The notes beneath the pieces were generated by a model. It was not told where the DNA came from. It saw only the letters and a program-made list of their open reading frames with translations, and ran no database searches. DNA of 64,000 bases from Candidatus Lindowbacteria bacterium RIFCSPLOWO2_12_FULL_62_27 (GTDB lineage: Bacteria > Lindowbacteria > 2-12-FULL-62-27): contig MFPR01000028.1 in assembly GCA_001784175.1 (NCBI GenBank), forward strand, positions 263,614-327,613, in the 5' to 3' direction. The translations under genes and the position numbers were made by a program. This document shows, in pieces, positions 36,694 to 49,357 of this stretch (within the stretch, counting starts at the first letter, position 1; every line of letters begins with the position of its first letter).

Positions 36694-37879
36694 TTTCTTC
36701 GAGGACCGTTTTCATCCGGCGTCCGTATGTGTGCCGGGCGCGGATCATCTCCTGCATCCCGCGGATTCCTTCGGCGCGCCGCTCCGGTTGCCGGACCGCG
36801 TCGTGGATTCGCCGGACCAGTTCCTGCGCCGTGCCGTACTGCGGGACGCGCAGGCCGGGCAGGAGGTCCCGGATCGCGGGCCGGGCGTCGGTGATCAGGA
36901 ATCCGCCGCAAGCCGGCACGTCGAGCAGCCGCTGATTGCAGCCGCGGGACATTTGCGCGTGGGAAATATTCAGCGTGATGAGGGATCTCCGGTAGACCGT
37001 GCTCAGGCCCGCGTAGTACGGCACCGGGCCCTTATAGTGCGCCGTGCCGTCCAGCGCTTCCTTCCAATCCTCGAACCCGTACACGTTCACTCCGACGGTT
37101 TCGAGCGCGCGGACCAGATGCAGTTTGCACCGGATCGTCGCCAGCCGCAGGGCGGCGTGGCGCACGCGCCCGTCCGGATCGGCAATCTCGGCGCCGGCCT
37201 CGCGAAGGAAATCCTCCCACGCGAGGCAGCACCGCTCGCATCGCGCCTCCGCGTACTCGCGCGCCAGGCGGGCCGCGCCCGCGTCGAATTCAGAGAGCAT
37301 CCCATCGAAGATCGGGAGGCTTGCGAGATCGAGATTTCCGACGAACGTGACCGGCGCATCCGGCAGGTTTGGAACATCCGCGGCGCCTTCGGCCCACGCC
37401 GGGTTTACGGCGTGCGGCAGGTATACGGCGTTGCGATATCCGCGGGCTTTCAGGGACTCGACAAATGTCTCATCGACTGCAAAAAAAAAGAGCCGCTCGT
37501 AATCGCGCGCGGCTGGTCCCAGCCGCCGGTCCGCGTGCCAGGGCGCATAAGAGTTGAAGGGATCGTCGACGTACCAGAGGGCGATCGTCTTTTTCAACCG
37601 CATGAGGTCCGCCGCCATGATTCCACCGTCGTCGAGGCCGTCCCCGTTGATCGCGAAAAAAAAGTCGTACCGGCCTTCCCTCACGGCCTCCCGGAGCGCG
37701 GGTTCGGAAAAAAAAACTTGCGGATCGGCGGCGTTCCGGCGCACGGCCGGATAGCGCACGGCGCATCCGTTTTCCAGAAATCCTTCCACGCAATCGTCCA
37801 TGATCACGTAGTAGACGCCGGTCAGCGCCGTCATCGCGCGCCCGGCGCCGGCCGGATCCAAACGCCGGATCAGGTCCAA
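36677..37879 (-). CDS. CgeB-like glycosyltransferase (DUF3880 + GT1-like C-terminus), tentative
   Basis: overall similarity to spore-maturation CgeB-type proteins as recalled; weak. Confidence 0.4.
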   Translation of the reverse strand: MDLIRRLDPAGAGRAMTALTGVYYVIMDDCVEGFLENGCAVRYPAVRRNAADPQVFFSEPALREAVREGRYDFFFAINGDGLDDGGIMAADLMRLKKTIALWYVDDPFNSYAPWHADRRLGPAARDYERLFFFAVDETFVESLKARGYRNAVYLPHAVNPAWAEGAADVPNLPDAPVTFVGNLDLASLPIFDGMLSEFDAGAARLAREYAEARCERCCLAWEDFLREAGAEIADPDGRVRHAALRLATIRCKLHLVRALETVGVNVYGFEDWKEALDGTAHYKGPVPYYAGLSTVYRRSLITLNISHAQMSRGCNQRLLDVPACGGFLITDARPAIRDLLPGLRVPQYGTAQELVRRIHDAVRQPERRAEGIRGMQEMIRARHTYGRRMKTVLEEISRAV

Positions 37880-40293
37880 CGCGTTCGGAGAAACCAGAAC
37901 GCCAGCCAGCCCAGCCCGAAAATCCCGAAGACCCAGCCCAGCTTGACTTCCCGCGGGTCGTACCAGAACACAACCTGGCTTGCGCCGGGACCGATCTCGA
38001 CGCCACGGAACAGGTAGTCGGCCCGCAGGACCGGCTGTTCAACGCCGTTCACGCTGGCCCGCCAGCCGGAGCGATACCGGTCCGTCAATACGAGCACGCC
38101 GCCCGTGCGGGTTTCCGCCGCGATTTCGATCCGGCTCGATTTGTATGAAACCGGCCGGGCGGTCGGCGTGTCGGCCTCCCAGTCCGTCCGGGAGGCAGGC
38201 CGGTCGAGGACGGCCACCGACTTCACGTCCTCTCCGAGGCGTTTCAGCGCCTCCAAGCCGGCCTCGCCGGGCGCGACGACGGTTTTTTGCGCGACGAAGA
38301 TTCTGGGCAGGCGCTTTTCGTTTTCGTACAGATAGACCGTGCTCTTCTTGTCGAAAATCAGGTCCATGTAATTGACGCTCCGGTAGACGGGGTGGTCGGT
38401 GTCGCTCATGACGAGCCGGTGGCCGGGCGTGTCCACGGGCGCTTCGGTCAGGAGGTACCGGACGCCGAGCAGATTGTAAAGCGGATGGTCGATATGCCGG
38501 ATCCCCTCGATCTGGCCGATGAGTTCCTTCCGAAACGAGGCGCCCTCGATGACTTCCAGGTAATTCATGTAAATCCGCTCGTTGATCCCCATCCCGCCGT
38601 TCACGTCCTGCCAGCCGTACTTGAGGGAGGTGTCGATGGCCCACGCGCCGGCATAGCCGTTCAGCCGCTCGATGCCGATCGTGTCATTAATATATTTGTA
38701 TATACGTGAAGTGGGGAAGTAATGCTCGAGATGGCCCGGGAAAATAAATTTCCCGTTTGCGACCCAGACGTCCAGAAAGACGAGCACCGGCAGAAGGATC
38801 ACCCCGACCCGGCCGAACCGCGCGACTGAGAAGACCCATCGGAAAAACGCCAGCATGATCAGGATCGACACGCACGCGGTCGTCACCGCGCGCAGGATGG
38901 CGGAATACACGCGCGGGATATGTCCGTAATAATACTCGATCGGGTTGGCCGGGCCCCGCGCGCGCGCATAGTAATAATCGATGATCCTGACGCCGATGGG
39001 CCGCACCTGCTCGTAGATCGGGTCGCGAAACGCCCACACCACGGCGGGCGCCGCGAGACACAGGACGGCGCAGGCCCAGAGCATCCGCCGGGCCGTCCGG
39101 CCGGCCACGAGCGGTTCGGCCGCAGCTCTCTGGCGCATCATCTCCTGCCAGCCCAGCGCCGCGAGCACGCAGATAAAGAACTCGGCCACCGGGATGATTT
39201 TGTAAGTCATCCGGAACGAGGAAAAGAGCGGCAGAATTTCTCTCAGCGCCGGAAACACCGGCGTGTAGCCGCCCATGGCGAGAAGCAGATAGACGAGGGC
39301 GAAGCCGCCGAAAAACCGGGCCACGGCCATCGCCGGCCCCACGCCGCGCGCGGCCGCCCAGAGCGCTCCGAAAACCGTGGCGACGCCGAGATACGGAAAC
39401 GCGCCCCAGATGCTGCTGACCGGACCCCAGAACGTCCCGTCAAACGGCGAGCCGAACACGTCCGGAAACAAATAGAGGAAGAGGTACAGCGGATGGAGCG
39501 CGGAGGCTTTCGAGTCATAGTCGACGTCCGCGATCACGCGCGTGCTTTCATTCAGAAGCTGCCATGCCGGCATGCTCTGAGGCAGGGCCATGAGCGCGGC
39601 GGACACGCCGTAGACGGCGAGGCCTTTCGCGGCGAACCAAAACGCCTCGCGGCGGGTCCCCGCGCCTGAGCGCATCCATGAGCGGATGAGAACGTACGGC
39701 AGGAAGGCGTTGCCGAGGAAGATCGCGTACTCGGCGAATCCTGTCAGAACAGGGAGCGCGTTGAAGAGTCCGGCGAGCGCGAACCACACAAGCCTTCGGT
39801 GTCTCAGGCCGCGTTCGATCGCCCAGAAAAACCAGGGGATCCATGTCAGCGACTGAAGGACGCACGGCAGGCCGCCGACGATCCTCATCATGACGTTCCG
39901 GCCAAGCGCAAACGCCAACCCCGCCGCCAGCGCGCAGGACCGGCCGGCGCCGAGGTCGCGCGTAAACAGATAGACGCCCATCGCCGCGAGCGACAGATGG
40001 ATCAGGTAGTCGATGAGGAAATACTGCGGCCAGGGCGCGCCGAGAAAAAACGGCCAGTTGAACGGATAGTAGACGCCGGTCATGGAATGGATCCATGGCT
40101 GGCCGGCCCATTCGGCCGTCGTCCAGTACGGAAACCCGCCTTCGAGGATCAACTGCCGGGTGTGGTAGGGAAACGCGCCGAGCGAGGAGAAATCGAAAAA
40201 CGAGAAGGGCATGAGCTGGGGACTGTCGAGGACCGGGAGAAAGAAAACCGCGAGGGCCGCGAGCAGTCCCAGGAACGGCGCCGCTTTTTTCAC
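37870..40293 (-). CDS. large polytopic membrane protein, YfhO-like / GT-C-fold putative glycosyltransferase
   Basis: GTG start (VKKAAPFLGLLAALAVFF) overlapping the stop of the downstream-encoded gene (GTGA). More than 10 TM segments, large periplasmic domain, C-terminal TM. N-terminal 158 aa of ORF track (Arg-rich) rejected. Confidence 0.5.
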   Translation of the reverse strand: MKKAAPFLGLLAALAVFFLPVLDSPQLMPFSFFDFSSLGAFPYHTRQLILEGGFPYWTTAEWAGQPWIHSMTGVYYPFNWPFFLGAPWPQYFLIDYLIHLSLAAMGVYLFTRDLGAGRSCALAAGLAFALGRNVMMRIVGGLPCVLQSLTWIPWFFWAIERGLRHRRLVWFALAGLFNALPVLTGFAEYAIFLGNAFLPYVLIRSWMRSGAGTRREAFWFAAKGLAVYGVSAALMALPQSMPAWQLLNESTRVIADVDYDSKASALHPLYLFLYLFPDVFGSPFDGTFWGPVSSIWGAFPYLGVATVFGALWAAARGVGPAMAVARFFGGFALVYLLLAMGGYTPVFPALREILPLFSSFRMTYKIIPVAEFFICVLAALGWQEMMRQRAAAEPLVAGRTARRMLWACAVLCLAAPAVVWAFRDPIYEQVRPIGVRIIDYYYARARGPANPIEYYYGHIPRVYSAILRAVTTACVSILIMLAFFRWVFSVARFGRVGVILLPVLVFLDVWVANGKFIFPGHLEHYFPTSRIYKYINDTIGIERLNGYAGAWAIDTSLKYGWQDVNGGMGINERIYMNYLEVIEGASFRKELIGQIEGIRHIDHPLYNLLGVRYLLTEAPVDTPGHRLVMSDTDHPVYRSVNYMDLIFDKKSTVYLYENEKRLPRIFVAQKTVVAPGEAGLEALKRLGEDVKSVAVLDRPASRTDWEADTPTARPVSYKSSRIEIAAETRTGGVLVLTDRYRSGWRASVNGVEQPVLRADYLFRGVEIGPGASQVVFWYDPREVKLGWVFGIFGLGWLAFWFLRTRWT

Positions 40294-41276
40294 GACTGGT
40301 CCAGCCCGACGATTTTGCCGGCCTTCTGACCGACGGCCAGATCGTAGATTTTTTTTGCCAGCGCGATGTCCAGGATGGCGACGCCGGTCGAATCGAACAG
40401 CGTGACCTCCGAATCGGCGGTCCGGCCCGGTTTTTTTCCGGCCACGATCTCGCCCAGCGTCGCGTGGATCCGGTCCGGCCGGTAGAGGCCCTTTGCAATC
40501 GGCACGTTGATCTCGCCGCTGTGGGCTGCCTGCTCGCGGCTGTCCACCACGACCTTCGCGCGCGACAGGATCGCCGGCGGGAGTTCCTGTTTGCCGGGCG
40601 CATCGGCGCCGATGGCGTTGACGTGCGAGCCGGGTCGGAAGGCCTCCGCGCCGCAGACAGGCCCTTGGCCGGGTGTGGTGGTGACCACGATCGGCTCGCC
40701 GGCCGGTTCCTGCGCGGCTGCGGCCACGGTGGCGCCGGATATCCCAAGCTGCCGGGCGTACTCGCAAAAACCCTCGGCCTTTTTCCGGTCGATGTCATAC
40801 ACCTGGATGGAGCGGATCGGCCTAACGCGCATGAGGAACTTGAGCTGCTGGCGCGCCTGCGTGCCGCCGCCGATGAATCCGGCGCGTTCGGCGTTCGGCG
40901 GCGCGAGGAGTTTCGCGGCGAGCGCGCCGGCCGCCCCGGTGCGGATGGCGGTGAGCGCGCTGCCGGCGATAATCGCGAGGGGTTGGCCGTTCTGCGGATC
41001 GTTGAGGATGACCAAGGCCATCACGGTCGGCAGTCCCGCCTTTGGATTCTCCGGATGGGAATTGACGACCTTGACGCCCGCGGCGTTGAGGCTCGGCAGA
41101 TACGCCGGCATGGTTCGCAGATCGCCGTGATATTCCGAAAAGGTCAGATAGCTTTTCTCAGGCATCTGCACCTGTCCAAGCCCGTCCAGCCGGAACGCCT
41201 CTTCGACGGCCGACATGACGAGGCCTTCTTCGGCGAGCCGCCCGACCTCGGATTCGGCCAGAATCAAGACCTGCAT
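40290..41276 (-). CDS. ornithine cyclodeaminase/mu-crystallin family protein
   Basis: Rossmann GGGTQARQQL and overall OCD layout. Confidence 0.75.
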   Translation of the reverse strand: MQVLILAESEVGRLAEEGLVMSAVEEAFRLDGLGQVQMPEKSYLTFSEYHGDLRTMPAYLPSLNAAGVKVVNSHPENPKAGLPTVMALVILNDPQNGQPLAIIAGSALTAIRTGAAGALAAKLLAPPNAERAGFIGGGTQARQQLKFLMRVRPIRSIQVYDIDRKKAEGFCEYARQLGISGATVAAAAQEPAGEPIVVTTTPGQGPVCGAEAFRPGSHVNAIGADAPGKQELPPAILSRAKVVVDSREQAAHSGEINVPIAKGLYRPDRIHATLGEIVAGKKPGRTADSEVTLFDSTGVAILDIALAKKIYDLAVGQKAGKIVGLDQS

Positions 41277-41297
41277 GATTCGTTGCTCAAATGAAAA

Positions 41298-41678
41298 TCA
41301 GACTTCGCCAATGCAGACCGCGTCCAGTTCGATCCGCACCCCCTTGGGAAGGGCGGCCGCCTGGAGGACGCTCCGCGCGGGTTTGTGCGTGCCAAAAAAC
41401 GTTTCATAGAGTTGATTGAACTTCGGGAAATCGCCCAAGTCCGTCAAATACACGGTCGTCTTGATGACATCCTTCAGCGAAAACCCCGCGGACTCGACGA
41501 TGCCGCGCAGATTTTCGAGCACGCGCGCTCCCTGGTCCTCGATGGTCTTGCCGACCACTTCGGAGGTCCTGGGATCCAGCGGGATCTGCCCGGAAATGTA
41601 AAGGTGCCCGCCCCGGAGAAGCGCCTGACTGTAGGGCCCCACCGGTTTTGGCGCGCGATCTGTCGTGATGACTTCCAT
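41298..41678 (-). CDS. ridA: RidA/YjgF family reactive-intermediate deaminase
   Basis: APKPVGPYSQA..YISGQIP..TTVYLTDL..ARSVLQAAALPKGVRIEL. Confidence 0.85.
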   Translation of the reverse strand: MEVITTDRAPKPVGPYSQALLRGGHLYISGQIPLDPRTSEVVGKTIEDQGARVLENLRGIVESAGFSLKDVIKTTVYLTDLGDFPKFNQLYETFFGTHKPARSVLQAAALPKGVRIELDAVCIGEV

Positions 41679-41775
41679 CGGCGAAGAGGCTAACAGCGCG
41701 GCCATGGGCCGTCAACGGACGCGCCGCGTCTCTGCACTTTACAATCCCGGCCAATTTGAACTACTATCCGTCGCC

Positions 41776-42945
41776 ATGGATACGACAAAATCCTCGGACA
41801 TCCGGATCTGTTCGAGATGCGTGATGGATTCGAACATCCGGACGATCCGGTTCGACGATCAGGGGATCTGCAATTACTGCAAGCTCCACGACGAACTCGA
41901 GAAGGAATTTCCTCTGGACGAGCGAGGCCGGAAGGAATTGGACGGCATCATCGAGCGCATCAAGGCGGAGGGCGCCGGCCGGGAGTATGACTGCATCGTG
42001 GGCATCAGCGGAGGCCGCGACAGCACCTACACCCTGTATCTGGCCAAAAAACAGTGGGGACTGCGCCCGCTGGCAGTCCATTTCAACGACGGCTGGGGCA
42101 ACCCTGTCAGCGGCGCCAACATGAAACGCGTGACCGAGCAGTTGGGCGTCAAGATGCTGACCGTGTCGTCGGACTGGCGTGAATCGAAAGACCTCAAGAT
42201 CGCCTGTCTCCAGGCCTCCGTGCCGGAAATGGATCTCGGCACCGACATCGGATACACGGCGGCTCTCTATTCGGTGGCCGCCGCCAAGAACGTCAAAAAC
42301 ATCGTGTTCGGCCATTCATTCCGGGCCGAGGGGATCGCGCCGCTCTACTGGAATTTTCAGGAGGGCAATTATCTGAAAGAAATTCACAGGCGATTCGGTT
42401 CGCATCCGCTCAGGCCCTGGAAGGCAACGGATGCCGGATTTAACTTTCAGATGCGGCATATTTTCTATTACACGGTCATTCGCCGGATCAGATTCATCCC
42501 GGTCCTCAACTACCTCAAGTACAACCGGAATGAACTCGGCGAGTTCCTCACCAAGGAACTCGGCTGGCAGGACACGGTCGCGCGATATTTCGATGACCTC
42601 TACCACGGGTTCATGAGCAAGGTCCTCAGGGAAAAATTCAGCATCGATCTGCGGAAGCTCTCCTACGCCGCCCTTGTGCGCACGGGATACATGACACGGC
42701 AGGAGGCGCTGGACAAATTGAAGGAAATCCAGATTTCCGAGCGGCCGGATATCATCAACCTGTGCATCGACCGGCTCGGTGTCACCCAGGCACAATTGGA
42801 CGAATGGCTGAGCCGGCCGGTCAAAACGTTCAAGGATTATTCCAAGGTATACCGGTGGATGATCCTGTTGAAATGGCCCGCCTGGCTGTTCAGCCGGGTC
42901 CATCTGATCCCGGGGCATGCATACGCCAAATTTTATAAAGCTTGA
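41776..42945 (+). CDS. N-acetyl sugar amidotransferase (PP-loop ATPase, LPS/glycan modification)
   Basis: CSRCVMDS..F..QGICNYC zinc ribbon followed by SGGRDS PP-loop; start at in-frame ATG MDTTKSS. Confidence 0.7.
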   Translation: MDTTKSSDIRICSRCVMDSNIRTIRFDDQGICNYCKLHDELEKEFPLDERGRKELDGIIERIKAEGAGREYDCIVGISGGRDSTYTLYLAKKQWGLRPLAVHFNDGWGNPVSGANMKRVTEQLGVKMLTVSSDWRESKDLKIACLQASVPEMDLGTDIGYTAALYSVAAAKNVKNIVFGHSFRAEGIAPLYWNFQEGNYLKEIHRRFGSHPLRPWKATDAGFNFQMRHIFYYTVIRRIRFIPVLNYLKYNRNELGEFLTKELGWQDTVARYFDDLYHGFMSKVLREKFSIDLRKLSYAALVRTGYMTRQEALDKLKEIQISERPDIINLCIDRLGVTQAQLDEWLSRPVKTFKDYSKVYRWMILLKWPAWLFSRVHLIPGHAYAKFYKA

Positions 42946-42989
42946 CCCCGCATTGACTTTTTGCTGACTTTTAGTTTTTCTTCCACCCC

Positions 42990-45463
<2,474 letters not shown>

Positions 45464-45467
<4 letters not shown>

Positions 45468-45826
45468 GGCTCGGGCCCGTCCTGTTTGAACAGCCGCAAA
45501 ATGTCCTTCCCCTTCTGATTGACAAATTTTGAAATGGCGGAATGGATCGCGCCGTCGACGCTGTTGCCGACGCCCAACACCGGCAATCCCGTGTCGACCT
45601 CCAAGGATTCCCGGCGCTCAATCACCGCAATCTTGTTTTCACCCATAAATCGGATGAGAGATGATTTGAGGGACTCATAGCGCTCTGCCGGCTCGACGCC
45701 ATCGTCCACGATAAAAACAGACCCCTCATGCGACGCGTCCCAGATGCCCGCAACCGTTTTGCCGCGAAGTTCCTTGTTTTTTTCGCGCGCCTCCTCAATT
45801 TCGCTCCGAGGCAGGGACACCAGCAC
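45464..45826 (-). CDS. hypothetical protein
   Basis: 120-aa ORF, GTG start, no family recognised. Confidence 0.35.
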
Positions 45827-46179
45827 GTGTGACTGCCAGACTTATCCCACGGTCTTGCTTCCGGACTGTTTGGCGAATTTTTCCGTATACCAGTCGATGG
45901 CCATCATCCCGGCCAGAAACGCTCCGGACCTTAAAACGTGGATAAGTTAGCAGCCGAAGTTTGGCGAGGGGCAAATTTCGTCGACGGTGTTCAAATCAGA
46001 GAGCAAGAAAGGATCGCCGCTTGATCATGCGATCCACAACATTTGACAATATCTCGGTCGCCTCCGACACGACCCAATTTTGTTGCGGTCTTTTATTGAA
46101 CACACTGGACTTCCTTTCCCGGAATGGGAGCAGTGAAATTAAAAACACTGGAGTCAATAAGCACAAACAGGTCCAAATT

Positions 46180-46473
46180 CTATCTGGTTTTCCAGTAATC
46201 CGGATCGCGGCGCAGGTGCATGACGGCCATGACAATGACTTGGCGTGGTTTGTCTCTGAATAGGATGCCAAAGGGAAATGTCTTCGTGAGGCATCGGCGG
46301 ACGTCAATGTCTACGACAGGATATATTCGAGGATTGAGGAGGACACGATTGATGGTGTCCTGAACGGAAGCAAGAAAACGGTGACCGAGTCCCTCCTGCT
46401 GTGCCTCATAATACGCCGCCGCCGCCGCAATCATCTCGGCCGCCGCGTCAGGATGGAATTTGACCCTCTTCAC
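46180..46473 (-). CDS. type II toxin, RelE/ParE superfamily
   Basis: VKRVKFHPDAAAEM..YPVVDIDVRRCLTKTFPFGILFRDKPRQVIVMAVMHLRRDPDYW; GTG start overlapping antitoxin stop (GTGA). Confidence 0.7.
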   Translation of the reverse strand: MKRVKFHPDAAAEMIAAAAAYYEAQQEGLGHRFLASVQDTINRVLLNPRIYPVVDIDVRRCLTKTFPFGILFRDKPRQVIVMAVMHLRRDPDYWKTR

Positions 46474-46700
46474 GCAATAGCCGCACGTGCCCTGGCAAAA
46501 ACGGTGTTGGCATCGCGAAGTCTGACCATCCCCCGATCCAGTTGCGCGCAACGCCGGCGGATTTCCCGTTTCCACTTGGCTGATAATCTCGGAGACGTCG
46601 GCGCATCAAGACTCTCAATCAGTTTCTCCGCGACAAACGCCCGCAATGCCGGCGGAAGTTCCAGCGCCTCCGACACAACTTTCTCTGCTGTGCTTTTCAT
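46470..46700 (-). CDS. addiction-module antitoxin (TIGR02574-like)
   Basis: KVVSEALELPPALRAFVAEKLIESLD..RRCAQLDRGMV pattern of that family. Confidence 0.7.
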   Translation of the reverse strand: MKSTAEKVVSEALELPPALRAFVAEKLIESLDAPTSPRLSAKWKREIRRRCAQLDRGMVRLRDANTVFARARAAIA

Positions 46701-46834
46701 GCCACCATTATACTGATTTCGAACCGGATATCAACGGCGGCGGTCGCATGTTCATTCAATAAGTCTATAAGTCTATGTCCGGCACCCAAGGCCGGAAATT
46801 TGACAGAAATACAGATATATGGAAATCTGTATAC

Positions 46835-47095
46835 ATGAAAACCACCTTACAGTTGCCGGACGGGCTCTACCGGAGTCTCAAGGTGACGGCGGCGTCCGAG
46901 GGGCGGACGTTGACGGAGTTGATCCAGGAGTGTCTGAAGAAGGGGCTGGCCCTGATGCGGTCGACTTCAAAACGAAAACATGCGCCCTATCGCCTTCCGG
47001 TTATTCGCAGTAAACGGCCCGGCGCGTTAAATCTGACATCGGAGATGATGGACGCCCTTCTGTGGGACGATCCGGCCGGCGTGAAGCGCAGATGA
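46835..47095 (+). CDS. vapB: VapB-type antitoxin
   Basis: MKTTLQLPDGLYRSLKVTAASEGRTLTELIQECL; stop overlaps vapC start (ATGA). Confidence 0.7.
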   Translation: MKTTLQLPDGLYRSLKVTAASEGRTLTELIQECLKKGLALMRSTSKRKHAPYRLPVIRSKRPGALNLTSEMMDALLWDDPAGVKRR

Positions 47096-47523
47096 ATTTG
47101 CCGGACGCCAATGTCCTTCTGGCGATGTGCGCCGAGCGCCACGCCCACCATTCCGTTGCGGTGGAATGGCATCGTCTGGCGGCGGTTCGGGGAGAAGGGT
47201 GGGGCATGTGCCGGCTCACGACCTTGGCGCTTCTTCGAATGCTGACCAACCCGGCGATCATGGGTACCGATGTCCAGTCATCGGCGGCGGCCTGGAAATG
47301 CCTGGAGCAATTGGAGTCGGACCCGCTGTACCGTTTTCTTGAGGAGCCGGCCGGCTGTTGGCCGCTCTTTCAAAATCTGACGCGCACCGTGAAGGAGGGC
47401 CACCGCCATTGGACGGACGCCTATCTCGCCGCCCTCGCCGAATCCGCCGGCTGCCGTATCGTGACCTTCGACCGGAATTTCAGCGCCTGGCCCGGCGTGA
47501 CGTCTACGATTCTCAAGCCTTGA
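47092..47523 (+). CDS. vapC: PIN-domain VapC toxin
   Basis: MNLPDANVLLA..LTNP..WTDAYLAALAESAGCRIVTFDRNF. Confidence 0.8.
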   Translation: MNLPDANVLLAMCAERHAHHSVAVEWHRLAAVRGEGWGMCRLTTLALLRMLTNPAIMGTDVQSSAAAWKCLEQLESDPLYRFLEEPAGCWPLFQNLTRTVKEGHRHWTDAYLAALAESAGCRIVTFDRNFSAWPGVTSTILKP

Positions 47524-47535
47524 TTTATTTGTCCG

Positions 47536-48594
47536 CTATTCCGACCGGATCAGCGCCAGCATCAAAATAAAGTAGATCGTCATCAGTGCCAGGCCGATCG
47601 GCGCGGCGAACCTTGCCCATGCGCCGCTCTTGATGTCGAGTTTCGCCGCGCAGATGATGTTCGGGATATTGCCGGGGATCAGCATGCCGCCGGCGATCAG
47701 GAGGCCCATCAGCAGAAACTCGATGCGCGCCAGACTCATCTTCGGCGAGATTTCCGCCGCCGCCAGCGTTGCGTTGTCGAGTACGGCTGACACGCTGTTC
47801 ACCCAGTAGAGGGCGGATTTGGGCATCTCGATCAAGTAGCGGTCGGCGAACGGCTGGAAGCCGCTGCCGAGCAGGACGAGCGCCGCCACGAACACGTAGA
47901 CTTTCGCGGTCCGGCTCAGGACGTCGACCCATGTTTCCGGGCGGTCCTCTTCCAAGCCGCTCTCTGAGCTGCTGCCGGCCCGCCGGACGGCCCACACCGC
48001 CATCACGCCCAGCGACAGGATCCCGCCGATGACCCACGGCCACAGCATCCGGAACAGAAAAAAGAAACCGGCATGATGGGGTTCGCCCGACAGCTTCGCG
48101 GTCGCGATCGTCGACAGCGGCTCGCCGATCGGCGTGAGGGCCGCACCGAGGCCGATCGAATAGCAGGAGAGGATGACGACGCGCCGTTCCCGGTCCTTGT
48201 CCCACTGCAGGCCCGAGATGATCTCCGCCAGCGTGAGCGCCGCCATGATGGCGGTGATCACGCTCGACAGAAGGCCGAGGCCGACCACCAGCGCAAAAAC
48301 GAACCCGGCCGGGCCAAGCCGCCGCACCCATTGATTCACATGGTCATGGATGGCCGCGCGGGTGAGCCGGAAGATAATCCCGAAAACGAAAACGGCCGCC
48401 GTGATCTTGAGCGGCTCCGTCAGCGCCTCTCCAATCAGATGCCGGCTCCAGAGGCCGCTGATCGTCACGGCCGCCGTGCCCATGACGAGCAAAAACGCCT
48501 CCAGCTCCTCCTCGATCCGGCGGACCGTGAACGGCAGGACCAGGACGAGCGACATGACGGCGCCAAGGCCGATCAGCACATGGATGTGTTCCAT
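47536..48594 (-). CDS. polytopic membrane protein, putative cation transporter (recalled as DUF1646-like)
   Basis: 10-11 TM segments; family assignment from memory only. Confidence 0.5.
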   Translation of the reverse strand: MEHIHVLIGLGAVMSLVLVLPFTVRRIEEELEAFLLVMGTAAVTISGLWSRHLIGEALTEPLKITAAVFVFGIIFRLTRAAIHDHVNQWVRRLGPAGFVFALVVGLGLLSSVITAIMAALTLAEIISGLQWDKDRERRVVILSCYSIGLGAALTPIGEPLSTIATAKLSGEPHHAGFFFLFRMLWPWVIGGILSLGVMAVWAVRRAGSSSESGLEEDRPETWVDVLSRTAKVYVFVAALVLLGSGFQPFADRYLIEMPKSALYWVNSVSAVLDNATLAAAEISPKMSLARIEFLLMGLLIAGGMLIPGNIPNIICAAKLDIKSGAWARFAAPIGLALMTIYFILMLALIRSE

Positions 48595-48625
48595 TCTTTG
48601 GCCCCCCGTGGCCGGATTGGTTCGG

Positions 48626-48970
48626 TTACTTGGTCTGTTCGGCTGGAATGTCGGGCAGGGCGAAGGGCACGGACTTGCGAAGGCGCGTCATGTAAATGAG
48701 GCCGCCGCCCGGCCGGTCGATGTTCGCGGTTTCGTGCATGAGATCAAAGAGTTCTTCGGATTCCTCGCCCTTCACGGTCACCGTCACGATTTCCTTCTCC
48801 ACTTGTTCGGGTGATCCGCTCTTGCCGGTGGGATCGCCATAATCCGAACCCCGCGAGAAGCAAAGGTTGGTCGTGGTCACGCCCCGCTTGTGGATGGCCT
48901 CCAGAAGCGGCAAGCCGGCGCCTTTCGGCAGGATGCAGGTAATGAGTTTGCTGCCGGAATCCGCCTGCAT
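48626..48970 (-). CDS. PII-like (GlnB-superfamily) signalling protein
   Basis: KLITCILPKGAGLPLLEAIHKRGVTTTNL..GGLIYMTRL ferredoxin-like PII layout; GGGGAGG RBS. Confidence 0.7.
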   Translation of the reverse strand: MQADSGSKLITCILPKGAGLPLLEAIHKRGVTTTNLCFSRGSDYGDPTGKSGSPEQVEKEIVTVTVKGEESEELFDLMHETANIDRPGGGLIYMTRLRKSVPFALPDIPAEQTK

Positions 48971-48985
48971 GGTCGAATGCCTCCC

Positions 48986-49357
48986 CTACGCCTTGTGCGC
49001 CTTGGAAAGTTTTTCGATCAGGAACTGCGGGATGTAGGTCGCCGCCTTTTCAAGCTCGGTCATATAGATGAATCCCATGCCGGGCGTGTCGAGATTTCCC
49101 GCGAGAAACATCGCCTCGAAAATCCGGTCGGCGTCGTCCGAGCCCACGACGATGTTGATGATTTCCTTTTCCGCCTCCACCGCCACGCCGAGGATTCCAA
49201 GCCGCTCCCGAATGCCCGTGCCGCGCGCGAAAAACACCGTCGCGGCCTGCGCCCCGGCCTCCGTCGCCGCCTTCACGATCTTGTCCGCCACCCCGCGCTG
49301 GACGATGCACGTGATCAGCGTCACGTCGGTCAGCACGGTAATCTGTCGCTTGGTCAT
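48986..49357 (-). CDS. PII-like (GlnB-superfamily) signalling protein, second paralogue
   Basis: In-frame ATG (MTKRQITVLTDVTLITCIVQRGVADKIVKAATEAG) with GGGAGGAG RBS, overlapping upstream gene stop (ATGA). 105-aa N-terminal part of ORF 48986..49672 rejected. Confidence 0.7.
   Translation of the reverse strand: MTKRQITVLTDVTLITCIVQRGVADKIVKAATEAGAQAATVFFARGTGIRERLGILGVAVEAEKEIINIVVGSDDADRIFEAMFLAGNLDTPGMGFIYMTELEKAATYIPQFLIEKLSKAHKA

Noticed and set aside
45827-45960. Possible frameshifted N-terminal extension (..AFLAGMMAIDWYTEKFAKQSGSKTVG*) of the 45464..45826 gene
   Set aside because: Only ~30 codons, no recognisable similarity; cannot distinguish from chance without a database search.
45961-46307. 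Two ~100-aa ORFs on opposite strands in the AT-rich stretch
   Set aside because: No RBS, no similarity, mutually overlapping; more likely non-coding island DNA.
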